A stretch of 64,000 nucleotides of DNA from Candidatus Omnitrophota bacterium (GCA_026387405.1 JAPLLV010000025.1:44009-108008); one strand, 5' to 3'; positions 31,505 to 40,387 are shown, counted from the first letter of the stretch. Notes: generated by a model not told the origin, from the sequence alone. Numbers and translations: made by a program.

Positions 31505-32634
31505 GCAGGACTCCCTGCTAATCTGTGTTCATGGTGTTGCCAAGCCATTTTGTTTAGGATTAAAAAATGCAGTAATTTCTCAGCGTACCCATATTTGCGC
31601 ATACATCCGGCTAGGCATGGTTTTGTGCACTCCAGTATCTGGATACGCTGCCGCTGGGCAGTTTTTGAGAACCAGAGTGTTTGTAGAGAATCACCGCGGA
31701 CATTTCCTATAGGGGGGAACCAAGGGCATAATTGCACCTCTCCGGTGTGTGAAATATAAAGATTGCGAAAGCCAACGGTGCAGGCATGCCGGGTTCGTAA
31801 TAGATCGGTATTTCTGAAGAACGCCTTTATTAAGGCTAAATTATTTTTGGGGGTAATTATAGGAAATCCCTTACGTTTCATCTCAATCAGCGTTTCTACT
31901 TCTTTGTCTAAAGCGTCAAGGTGATCAAGGCGGGCCAATGGCAGCGCCAGGGTTTTTTCGGATAATGGTGTCGAGAACGCGGGTAGTTTGGGATGTATGC
32001 CTAGAATAGGTTGGAAATCCACGCTGTCAACGCCCAGTTCTGTTGCCCAGCGGGCAAAATGGCTTAACTCTTTATAGGTATCGCGCGTAACAAGGCAGAG
32101 TACTCCTATGCGCGGACGCGGATTTTTCGTTCGGATATAACGTATGGCCGATACAATACGTTGATGTAGCTGCGTATCCCCCTTGTAATGATTATGTAGT
32201 TCAGGTCTAACACTGTTTAGAGAGAATACTATAGAATCTACGCCGGTACGAAGTAGGGTATCATACATATCAGGAGTAAATACAATACCGTTTGTGCTTA
32301 CGTTCGTGCAAACTCTAACTTTATTTGCATAAGTTAATAAATCCAGGAAACCATTTTTTACAAAAGGTTCTCCTCCGGTAAAAGACATATAACAAGATCC
32401 GAGCCACCTGTAGAGTTGCGTGACAATATCTTTGCACTCATCGAGCGATAGTTCGTGAGGGTCGGGTTCATTTTGCCACCTCAGGCAGGTAACGCAGCGG
32501 GCATTGCATTGGTAGGTCACCGAGAAGTATATTACCTGCGGGGTATTTAAGCACCGGCGGACCCGCGTGCCTATATTCAATAGCGCATCATTTCTGACAA
32601 CGCTCAAGGCGTATCTGAAGAATTTCTGTTTCAT
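31501..32634 (-). CDS. radical SAM/SPASM-domain enzyme (paralogue family A)
   Basis: VTYQCNARCVTCLRW, FTGGEPFV, C-terminal LCPWFPPIGNV…CTKPCLAGC. Confidence 0.75.
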   Translation of the reverse strand: MKQKFFRYALSVVRNDALLNIGTRVRRCLNTPQVIYFSVTYQCNARCVTCLRWQNEPDPHELSLDECKDIVTQLYRWLGSCYMSFTGGEPFVKNGFLDLLTYANKVRVCTNVSTNGIVFTPDMYDTLLRTGVDSIVFSLNSVRPELHNHYKGDTQLHQRIVSAIRYIRTKNPRPRIGVLCLVTRDTYKELSHFARWATELGVDSVDFQPILGIHPKLPAFSTPLSEKTLALPLARLDHLDALDKEVETLIEMKRKGFPIITPKNNLALIKAFFRNTDLLRTRHACTVGFRNLYISHTGEVQLCPWFPPIGNVRGDSLQTLWFSKTAQRQRIQILECTKPCLAGCMRKYGYAEKLLHFLILNKMAWQHHEHRLAGSPA

Positions 32635-32803
32635 CTTTTGTCCGCTACTTTCTTATCCATTATTACAATGATGCCGTTACCCGGCTTTCCTGCATGATCC
32701 CCGGAGGCAGGCAAACGTGTCGTCCATATGATGAAGGGATTCATGCAGATTATCCAGACATAGCTCGATTGGATAAGGCATGGGCGAGTTTGTGCCGAAA
32801 TGC

Positions 32804-33931
32804 CTATTCTTTTCTCTCTTTTGTAGCCAGGCAAGTTCCATAGAGCATCCACCAGATAAGACTTACTTCGGGGAGAAAGAAGCTAAAGTCGATAAAATTA
32901 TGGGCCAGGAATGCCGAACAAGCAGCTAAGAGCGCGGCATTTTGTTTTATTTCGGAGGAATTTTTTAGCCGTAAAATAGCGCCTTTAAAAATTACAAAAA
33001 TCAGCCACAGGAATGATGTTATCCCCAAGACCCCCGTTTCCGCCCAGAGCTGTAAATAAGAGTTATGGGCGTAGCGTGCCTGCGGCAGATTAAAATTTCC
33101 CAGTCCTACCCCGGTTAATGGATAGGAGCCGATGATTTTTAACGTATCCTGCCAATAGCCAAGCCGCATGGTTGCGGAGAATATAGGATGGATATGCTGT
33201 TTTCCCGTTATCCACCTTAAGCCAAACACTATTCCAATTATCAATAATAAGCTGGTCAGTAAAATAATCCCTCTTTTCTCTATTTTTCCTTTCAGATAAA
33301 AATAGGCCGATAGAGCCAGAAAAGCGCTTAGCAGGCCACCTAATGATTTTGTCAGGAATAAAGCCAAAAAAAGCGGCAAAAGAGCGAAAGTTTTATATCT
33401 ATTTAAGAGGGCAAGCGGGATTGTCATGGCCAGGTAGCCCGCTAAAATATTCGGCGTTACAAAAGGAAAGAATACGCGCCTGCGCTGGATATAATCTAAA
33501 GTGAAATCGGAAGTAATATTATGGCGGGTCAGATACTCTGACACATGCCTGAAGCCAAAAAAATACTGGTAGATAGCCAGTAGGGCTATGATTATTCCGG
33601 AGTAGACTACGATATTAACGATTTGTTTTTTATTTTTTTCCGCAAGGGTTGCACCGAAGATTAACAGCAGCATACCGGTCACATATTTGTAGAGTTCGCT
33701 AAGGCTGTTAAGCCTGTTTTGCGAGAAGGAGACTGAGATTATAAGAGCAAGGGAGAATAAAAGAAGGGGGTAGACGACAGTTTTTAAGTTTTTAAAAGAG
33801 GGCTTTTTGAAGATGACCCAACCGGCTAAACAAGTCGCCAGAAGAATGGAATAGAAATAATTGGCATAAGGGAATGCCAGGGAAGAGATAAAAGGGCGGA
33901 TGAAGATTAGAATTAGAAGAACGCTTAACAT
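32804..33931 (-). CDS. O-antigen ligase / polymerase family membrane protein (Wzy_C-like)
   Basis: Polytopic protein with the periplasmic-loop motif RLGYWQ…GVGLGNF…AHNSYLQLWAETG, characteristic of WaaL/Wzy_C. Confidence 0.75.
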   Translation of the reverse strand: MLSVLLILIFIRPFISSLAFPYANYFYSILLATCLAGWVIFKKPSFKNLKTVVYPLLLFSLALIISVSFSQNRLNSLSELYKYVTGMLLLIFGATLAEKNKKQIVNIVVYSGIIIALLAIYQYFFGFRHVSEYLTRHNITSDFTLDYIQRRRVFFPFVTPNILAGYLAMTIPLALLNRYKTFALLPLFLALFLTKSLGGLLSAFLALSAYFYLKGKIEKRGIILLTSLLLIIGIVFGLRWITGKQHIHPIFSATMRLGYWQDTLKIIGSYPLTGVGLGNFNLPQARYAHNSYLQLWAETGVLGITSFLWLIFVIFKGAILRLKNSSEIKQNAALLAACSAFLAHNFIDFSFFLPEVSLIWWMLYGTCLATKERKE

Positions 33932-33950
33932 TATGCTATAATTTTAGCTT

Positions 33951-34913
33951 ATGAGGCAAGTATTGTCAAAGGAATTGGTAAGCGTCGTTGTGGTAAGCGC
34001 TAAAGACAGCGATTACCTTAAGGCGTGCCTGGATTCGATCAAGGGGCAAGACTATCCTCGCGTAGAAGTTTTTCTTATCGACACGTCGGATGCGCATGAT
34101 CTAGGTCAAGGCCTGGCCGGCGATTATCCCTTTATGACATTGTGTCATAGTTCCGGCGCCTCCTACTGTCAGGCATTAAATATGGGCATAGAAATTTCCA
34201 GGGGTAAGTTTATCCTTTGCCTGAACGACGACGTAATCTTGGACAAAAGTTTTATCCAGGAGGCGCTTAAGGGGTTCGCCGTCAGTAAGAACATAGGGAT
34301 GGTTAGCGCAAAGGTGCTGCGTTTTGATAAAAGAACCATAGACAGCGCCGGACTACGGTTGAGTATCTGGTGTACTGCCAAAGAGCGTGGTTACGGCAGA
34401 CAAGACAAGGGGCAGTTTGAAAAACAGGGGTTTGTGTTTGGGGTAGGGGGGGCAGTTGCTTTTTACCGCAGAGAGATGCTTGAACGGATTAAGCTAGAGG
34501 GAGAATATTTCGATAATGATTTTGGGTTTTTCTATGAAGACCTGGATGTTGCTTGGCGTGCCGAGCGCCACAGATTCCGCGGATACTATATTCCTACGGC
34601 GGTTGCCTATCACCTGCGCGGTTTAACGACACGCAAGGGCCGGGGTATCGATAAACCCTTTGCCCGCAGATTTTTGGATGACGAATTGCACGCCGGCCTT
34701 ATTAAAAACCGTTACCTGACTGTGATCAAGAATGAACGCCTATTCAACTTTATCCTGCATCTTCCTTTTATTTTTTTATATGATTGCGTAAGCTGGGGTT
34801 ATATTTTTTTGTGTAAAAGAGCCGTAATCGGGTATTTTTTGCGCAATTCCGGATGTTTTAAGCGCGCTTTTAGAAAAAGAAAAGAAAAGCAAGGCTCATT
34901 TTTATATTCCTAG
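33951..34913 (+). CDS. GT2 glycosyltransferase
   Basis: VSVVVVSAKDSDYLKACLDSI…NDDV. C-terminal region paralogous to the 13782 ORF. Confidence 0.75.
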   Translation: MRQVLSKELVSVVVVSAKDSDYLKACLDSIKGQDYPRVEVFLIDTSDAHDLGQGLAGDYPFMTLCHSSGASYCQALNMGIEISRGKFILCLNDDVILDKSFIQEALKGFAVSKNIGMVSAKVLRFDKRTIDSAGLRLSIWCTAKERGYGRQDKGQFEKQGFVFGVGGAVAFYRREMLERIKLEGEYFDNDFGFFYEDLDVAWRAERHRFRGYYIPTAVAYHLRGLTTRKGRGIDKPFARRFLDDELHAGLIKNRYLTVIKNERLFNFILHLPFIFLYDCVSWGYIFLCKRAVIGYFLRNSGCFKRAFRKRKEKQGSFLYS

Positions 34914-35013
34914 TAGTGTATCTGTAAGAAAATAATATGGTTGTAATGGCTAACTTGAAGTCTGGGCTAATCTTTTTCAAGAATTACCGTTTGTCTTCAA
35001 GGCTATCTTCCCG

Positions 35014-36786
35014 ATGAATATTTTCTGCCAGCGAATTTTTAAAAATATATCAGGAATACATAAGGTTATTTTTGTCTTAGTTTTAATAGCCCTGTTGGTG
35101 CGAATCCCTCTTTCGTTGATTAGATATTTTGACCCGGATGAATTTGAACATTTGCATGCCGCGCGTAACATTTATCATGGGATGGTTCCATACAAGGATT
35201 ACTTTGACCATCACACGCCTTTTTTCCACGCCTTTCTTTCTGCATTTTATATTTTCTTAGCAGATAAAATACAATTGATCTTCTTGGCGCGCTTCTTCAT
35301 GATTTTATTTACTGGCGGCATATTATATATGACCTATCGCATTGCGAAATTATTATATGGCGTAAACATCGCTTTATATTCAGTAGTATTTCTTAGTTAC
35401 GTCGTAATGTTTCAGGAAAAAACCTTAGAGATCAGAACTGACTTGCCGGCAGTTATTTTCTTACTTTTGAGTATCTATTTGTTTATGTTGGGAATGCAAG
35501 ATCAAGATAAACACGAGAGAAAAAGACAAAGGGATCACTTCCTGATGTCCGGTGTTACAATCTCTTGCGCGCTTCTTACGAATCAAAAGATGTTTTTTGC
35601 CATTTTTGCGCTACTTCTTATGTGGATTTGGGTTCTTTTTAATGGACATAGAAAGTTGTCTTTAAAAGAATGGTCTGGTCCGATATTATGGTTTATATTT
35701 GGTTTTTTTATTCCTTTCGGTATAACATGCCTATACTTTTCATTAAGCAACGCGCTGAAAGAATTTATCTATAGGTGCTTCGTAATGAATATATTGTGGA
35801 AAACCCGGTTTTTACCTTATCAATATGTTGGACAACTAATAATACAAAATCCATTCTTCAGCGTGTTAAGTGCGTTGGGTTTGTTATTTTCTACCTTCGC
35901 AGTATTTAAGAAAAAAAAGATACCCGATTATTATTTTGTGCCGGTATTCGTTACCTATGCATTTATAATCGGACTTTTTATTATTCGTGTTCCGCAGCGT
36001 CAATATTACTTATTTTTTATCCCTTTGTTGGCAGTTTATTGTGGTTTTGCTTTCCAGACGTTTATTGGATATTTTTCTTTTCACAATATTAAGGAACAAT
36101 GGAATAAGCAAAATTACTTGTATTTTGGTTTGATGCCCGTATTTTTGATAATAGTTTTATTGATCCCCTCTATGGTTACTTCCATTAGAATATATGGCGT
36201 TTTTTCAACTCCAGACAATAAACCTTACTTGATTTATGTTTTGCTGGGTCTGGTATCCGTATTATTTCTTTCTGGTTTTGCATTTTTTAGAGGCAAAAAA
36301 CAATTCTTTGCATTAATGCTAATGGTTTGTTTTTTATACCTCCCCTTTATAGAAACGTGTACAGAATTTTTAAAAAAGGATTGGAGGTTAAAATGTTCCA
36401 ATGTAGATCAATTGGATGAAATCAGATTCATTCTTCGGAATACGAATCCACAGGATACTATTTTTGATGGATTTAGGGGGACCGGGGTTTTCCGTAACCA
36501 AGCGTATTACTATTTCTTTTTGCATGCTGAAATTCAGAAGATGTTAACGCCCAGGGAGTCTTCGACAGATATCGTGGCGGCGCTACGCAATATGAAGCCA
36601 AAATTTGTAATTTATGATTGGTGCGTGGGAAGTCTACCGGGAGAAGTGAGGGCTTATATTAATGATAATTATACGCCGGTTCGTAAGGGAGAGATTTATC
36701 TGTCTTCTGATGAGACTACGGTTGTGGAATGGCGTAAATTTAGAAGACCGATATTGTTTCGGCTGAATCCTCGGCCAGCGCAATAA
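35014..36786 (+). CDS. GT-C-fold membrane glycosyltransferase (ArnT/PMT_2-like)
   Basis: Polytopic protein; first-loop motif FDPDEFEHLHAARNIYHG, DE-type. Confidence 0.65.
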   Translation: MNIFCQRIFKNISGIHKVIFVLVLIALLVRIPLSLIRYFDPDEFEHLHAARNIYHGMVPYKDYFDHHTPFFHAFLSAFYIFLADKIQLIFLARFFMILFTGGILYMTYRIAKLLYGVNIALYSVVFLSYVVMFQEKTLEIRTDLPAVIFLLLSIYLFMLGMQDQDKHERKRQRDHFLMSGVTISCALLTNQKMFFAIFALLLMWIWVLFNGHRKLSLKEWSGPILWFIFGFFIPFGITCLYFSLSNALKEFIYRCFVMNILWKTRFLPYQYVGQLIIQNPFFSVLSALGLLFSTFAVFKKKKIPDYYFVPVFVTYAFIIGLFIIRVPQRQYYLFFIPLLAVYCGFAFQTFIGYFSFHNIKEQWNKQNYLYFGLMPVFLIIVLLIPSMVTSIRIYGVFSTPDNKPYLIYVLLGLVSVLFLSGFAFFRGKKQFFALMLMVCFLYLPFIETCTEFLKKDWRLKCSNVDQLDEIRFILRNTNPQDTIFDGFRGTGVFRNQAYYYFFLHAEIQKMLTPRESSTDIVAALRNMKPKFVIYDWCVGSLPGEVRAYINDNYTPVRKGEIYLSSDETTVVEWRKFRRPILFRLNPRPAQ

Positions 36787-36893
36787 AATACTTTTCTCTA
36801 GCTAGGTAATTGTTGTCATAATTTTGCCCCCGCGATTTTTTGGCTTGGGATAGAGAGTATCTCAAGCGTTCGCGCGCTTTTAGAAAAAGATAC

Positions 36894-36923
36894 TTGACAA
36901 CCCCAATTTATTGTGATAAAAGA
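36894..36923 (+). promoter_or_regulatory. putative sigma70-like promoter in front of the ATP-grasp/KamA operon leader
   Basis: TTGACA at 36894-36899 with an A/T-rich -10-like ATAAAA about 16-17 nt downstream. The -10 is weak. Confidence 0.3.
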
Positions 36924-36998
36924 AGAGCATAGGCACAATATTTAGGAGAAAACTTTAGGAGGAAGAACAAAAAATTGGCAAATTAAAGGATAGTTTTT

Positions 36999-37032
36999 AA
37001 GGGCTCTTGGAACAAATGAGCCCTTATTTTTT
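36999..37032 (+). terminator. intrinsic terminator / attenuator hairpin 19 nt upstream of the first ATP-grasp gene
   Basis: AAGGGCTC-ttggaacaaat-GAGCCCTT followed by ATTTTTT. Confidence 0.5.
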
Positions 37033-37050
37033 AGATGAGGCCGCAACTTT

Positions 37051-38040
37051 ATGAAAACCGTTGGATTAACCTACGATTTAAAGACAGATTACAAATTTAA
37101 AGAAGGCGATCCGCAGGATGCCAACGCGGAGTTCGACCATCCTTCGACTATCGGCGTTATTGCCAAGGCCATAGAGTCGCAGGGGTACAAGGTAAAGAAG
37201 ATCGGCAATGTCACGGATGTACTGGAAAAATTAGATAACCTGGGAGTGGATATCGTTTTCAATATTTCCGAGGGCCTCTCGGGCAGGAACCGCGAATCCC
37301 AGGTGCCGATCTTGCTAGAGATGGCCGGTGTTCCTTTTGTGGGCGCCGACGCGCTTACCCTTGGCCTTACGCTCGATAAGATCATGGCCAAAAAAATATT
37401 TATCGCCGAAAAACTACCTACCCCGAAATTCTTTACGGTCAATACCGTGGAAGAACTGAATAACGCCGACCATTGTAAATTCCCCCTTATTGTTAAACCG
37501 CGATTCGAGGGTTCTTCCAAGGGCTTAAGCGACAGCTCGCGCGTGGAGAATATGGAAGAGTTAAAGATACAGGTAGAGCATACAATCTCCACCTATAAAC
37601 AGCCTGCCCTGATAGAAGAGTTTATCTCCGGCCAGGAATTTACCGTGGCCGTGGTTGGTAATGATCCCCCCGAAGCCCTGCCCGTGGTCCAGATAAAGAT
37701 CGACGGCAAGTTACAGTTGAACGATAAATTCTATACCTTTGCCAGAATAAAATCAGACAGGCTGGAATATATCTGTCCTGCTAAGATCCCCACGGAACTG
37801 AAGAACAAGCTTCAGGATCTAGCCGTCAGGACATATAACGCGGTTGAGTGCCGTGATTTCGGGAGGGTGGATTTCAGGGTGGATAGCGACGGTAAACCTT
37901 TTGTCTTGGAGATCAACCCTTTGCCCTCGCTCTCTACCGAAGACGTGTTTATGCTCTTGGCCAAGACAATAGGGATCACCTACGAAGAGATGCTTGACAA
38001 GATCCTGAAGGCAGCCTTAAAAAGGCACAATCTTAATTAA
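37051..38040 (+). CDS. D-alanine-D-alanine ligase-family ATP-grasp enzyme (copy 1)
   Basis: Ddl-like layout: N-terminal domain, then LIVKPRFEGSSKGL, the ATP-grasp lysine/Gly-rich loop, and C-terminal LEINPLPSL. Confidence 0.7.
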   Translation: MKTVGLTYDLKTDYKFKEGDPQDANAEFDHPSTIGVIAKAIESQGYKVKKIGNVTDVLEKLDNLGVDIVFNISEGLSGRNRESQVPILLEMAGVPFVGADALTLGLTLDKIMAKKIFIAEKLPTPKFFTVNTVEELNNADHCKFPLIVKPRFEGSSKGLSDSSRVENMEELKIQVEHTISTYKQPALIEEFISGQEFTVAVVGNDPPEALPVVQIKIDGKLQLNDKFYTFARIKSDRLEYICPAKIPTELKNKLQDLAVRTYNAVECRDFGRVDFRVDSDGKPFVLEINPLPSLSTEDVFMLLAKTIGITYEEMLDKILKAALKRHNLN

Positions 38041-38049
38041 AGGTATTAA

Positions 38050-39057
38050 ATGAAGATCGCGCTTACCTTTAACCTTAAAAAGAAAGACTCAACCAAACCG
38101 GCGGATTATTTTTCCGAGTTTGATTCCGAAGAGACCGTTGATGCGATCCGGGGCGCCCTGTACAAAAAAGGCCACAGCGTGGACCTGGTCGAGGCGCATC
38201 AGCAAAACCTGTTTTCTTATTTCCGGGATAACCGCGTGGATATGGTTTTTAACATTGCCGAAGGCACTTGCGGCAGGTTCCGCGAATCGGAGATCCCGGC
38301 CATACTGGATTATCTGGAAGTGCCTTACACCGGCTCAGACACATTTTCCCTGGCCCTGGCCTTAAATAAGGCCCTGACCAAAAAGATACTGCAGGCGGAA
38401 AATATTCCCACCCCGCGTTTCCAACTTTTCACTAAAGGTAACGAAGAGTTAAACCCTGACTTGATCTTTCCTTTGATCGTCAAGCCTAATTGCGAAGGCT
38501 CGGCCAAAGGCATCAATGCCGCTAATGTGGTACGCGACGAGAGCGCGCTTTTTAGAAAAGCGCGGGAGATAATAAAGGTTTATAGACAGGAGGCGCTGGC
38601 CGAGGAGTTCATTGAAGGGAAAGAACTAACGGTGGGTATCCTGGAAAACGGCAAGACCACGATCCTGCCGATACTGGAGATCGATTTTTCAAGCTGCGAA
38701 GGGAGCGGAGAGTATTTTTATTCCTGGAGGATGAAGGAATATCAGGGTGACGAACAGCAGAGGCTCACGCCCACTTTTCACTGCCCGGCGCGCCTGGATA
38801 AGGATACTGAAAGGCGCGTAAAAGAGGTGGCACTCAAGACCCATCACGCGGTGGGATGTCTAGATATCTCCCGTACCGATATACGTTTAAGCCGCGATAA
38901 CATCCCGTATGTCCTTGAGATAAATCCTTTGCCCGGGCTCGATCCCAAGGAATCTAATCTTCCCCTCATGGCCTATGCCGCGGGCATGAAATACGAAGAC
39001 CTTATTGAAGCGATCCTTATAAGCGCTGCTAAGCGTAAGAAAGCGGGGCTCAATTGA
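38050..39057 (+). CDS. D-alanine-D-alanine ligase-family ATP-grasp enzyme (copy 2)
   Basis: Paralogue of the upstream gene (LIVKPNCEGSAKGI; LEINPLPGL). Separated from it by 9 nt. Confidence 0.7.
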   Translation: MKIALTFNLKKKDSTKPADYFSEFDSEETVDAIRGALYKKGHSVDLVEAHQQNLFSYFRDNRVDMVFNIAEGTCGRFRESEIPAILDYLEVPYTGSDTFSLALALNKALTKKILQAENIPTPRFQLFTKGNEELNPDLIFPLIVKPNCEGSAKGINAANVVRDESALFRKAREIIKVYRQEALAEEFIEGKELTVGILENGKTTILPILEIDFSSCEGSGEYFYSWRMKEYQGDEQQRLTPTFHCPARLDKDTERRVKEVALKTHHAVGCLDISRTDIRLSRDNIPYVLEINPLPGLDPKESNLPLMAYAAGMKYEDLIEAILISAAKRKKAGLN

Positions 39058-40232
39058 CGAACGCGACCATAACCGAGGTTCAAAAGCTCCAGCCTGATGC
39101 GCCTGTCCGTAGATCCCAGCGGGCTCGCGATTACCAGCAGATAAGCCTGTATAAAGACGTTAATCCCCTGGATTGGGAGGATTGGCACTGGCAGCTCAAA
39201 AATAGGATCTGCACCAAGGAAGACCTTGCCCAGGTGATAGTTTTGAGCCCCGAAGAGGAAGAGGGCTTAAAAAAGGCAAGCGGAAAACTTTCTTTGGCCA
39301 TTACCCCATATTGGGCGACTTTAATGGACCCCGAAGATCCCAATTGTCCTATCCGGCGCCAGGCCGTGCCTACGGTGTACGAAACGCTTGTCGGTCCCCA
39401 CGAAATGGTTGATCCTTGCGCCGAAGACAGGGATTCTCCCGCCCCGCACCTGGTGCACCGTTATCCGGACAGGGTCTTGCTCCTAGCTACCGAACATTGC
39501 GCGATGTATTGCCGCCACTGCACCAGAAGGCGCCTTGTGGGGGAGACCAATAAAGAGGATAACTCGCCTTCCCGTTTTGATGCGGCTTTAGAATATTTAA
39601 AAGCGAACAAAAAGGTGCGGGATGTTTTGATCTCCGGGGGCGACCCGCTTACCCTGGAAGATGACGTAATCGAGGATCTGCTGCGCAAGATCCGCGACAT
39701 ATCGCATATTGAGTTCTTAAGGCTGGGTACGCGCGTGCCGGTGACATTGCCGCAGCGCATCAATGAGAAATTGGTTACCATGCTTAAGAAATATAACCCG
39801 CTCTGGATGAGTATCCATTTTAACCACCCCAAGGAGATAACCAAACGTTCTAAGATCGCCTGCGAAATGCTGGCAGATGCCGGTATCCCGCTGGGGAGCC
39901 AGAGTGTGCTCTTAAAAGGCATTAATGACCGTCCTTATATTATGAAGAAGCTGGTGCATGATTTATTGCAGATAAGGGTGCGGCCGTATTATATTTATCA
40001 GTGCGATCCCGTCCGGGGCACGCAGCATTTCCGCACCCCGGTTGCCGTAGGCATCAACATTATGGAGAAGCTGCGCGGCCATACCTCGGGCTACGCCGTG
40101 CCTACCTATGTCATTGACGGCCCCGGCGGCGGCGGAAAAATCCCCGTAGGCCCCAATTATATCCTTTCGCAGGCCAAAGGTAAGTACGTGCTCCGCAATT
40201 ACAAGGGTAAGATCTACACTTATCTGGAATAA
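39054..40232 (+). CDS. kamA: lysine 2,3-aminomutase (KamA-family radical SAM)
   Basis: HRYPDRVLLLATEHCAMYCRHCTRRR matches the KamA CX3CX2C region. The C-terminal half is KamA-like. TTG start overlaps the upstream stop (TTGA). Confidence 0.8.
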   Translation: MTNATITEVQKLQPDAPVRRSQRARDYQQISLYKDVNPLDWEDWHWQLKNRICTKEDLAQVIVLSPEEEEGLKKASGKLSLAITPYWATLMDPEDPNCPIRRQAVPTVYETLVGPHEMVDPCAEDRDSPAPHLVHRYPDRVLLLATEHCAMYCRHCTRRRLVGETNKEDNSPSRFDAALEYLKANKKVRDVLISGGDPLTLEDDVIEDLLRKIRDISHIEFLRLGTRVPVTLPQRINEKLVTMLKKYNPLWMSIHFNHPKEITKRSKIACEMLADAGIPLGSQSVLLKGINDRPYIMKKLVHDLLQIRVRPYYIYQCDPVRGTQHFRTPVAVGINIMEKLRGHTSGYAVPTYVIDGPGGGGKIPVGPNYILSQAKGKYVLRNYKGKIYTYLE

Positions 40233-40242
40233 GTTTTTCCGC

Positions 40243-40271
40243 TTGACCCTCCCCAATGGTTGGTATATAAT
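40243..40271 (+). promoter_or_regulatory. sigma70-like promoter
   Basis: TTGACC at 40243-48, 17 nt spacer, TATAAT at 40266-71. About 115 nt upstream of the EF-G-like ATG, which has an AAGGAG SD. Confidence 0.5.
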
Positions 40272-40387
40272 CAAGAAAATCGCTTTCAGCGATCTTCGCG
40301 GTAGTATAGAAAGCTATATATTTTCCATACTATAATAATTTTAATACCCTTACCTATATATAGCCGCAAGAAAAGGAGCTAGCCGCT

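Noticed and set aside
20983-32634. Possibility that the SPASM radical-SAM genes form RiPP (ranthipeptide/sactipeptide-like) clusters
   Set aside because: No adjacent short Cys/Gly-rich precursor ORFs, no peptidase or ABC exporter genes. Every neighbour is a glycosyltransferase. This was kept only as an alternative under the radical-SAM finding.
37089-37592. 167-aa minus-strand ORF antisense to the first Ddl-like gene (similar antisense ORFs occur at 39461-39922 and 40627-41106)
   Set aside because: All lie antisense to genes with strong family motifs and carry no motifs of their own.
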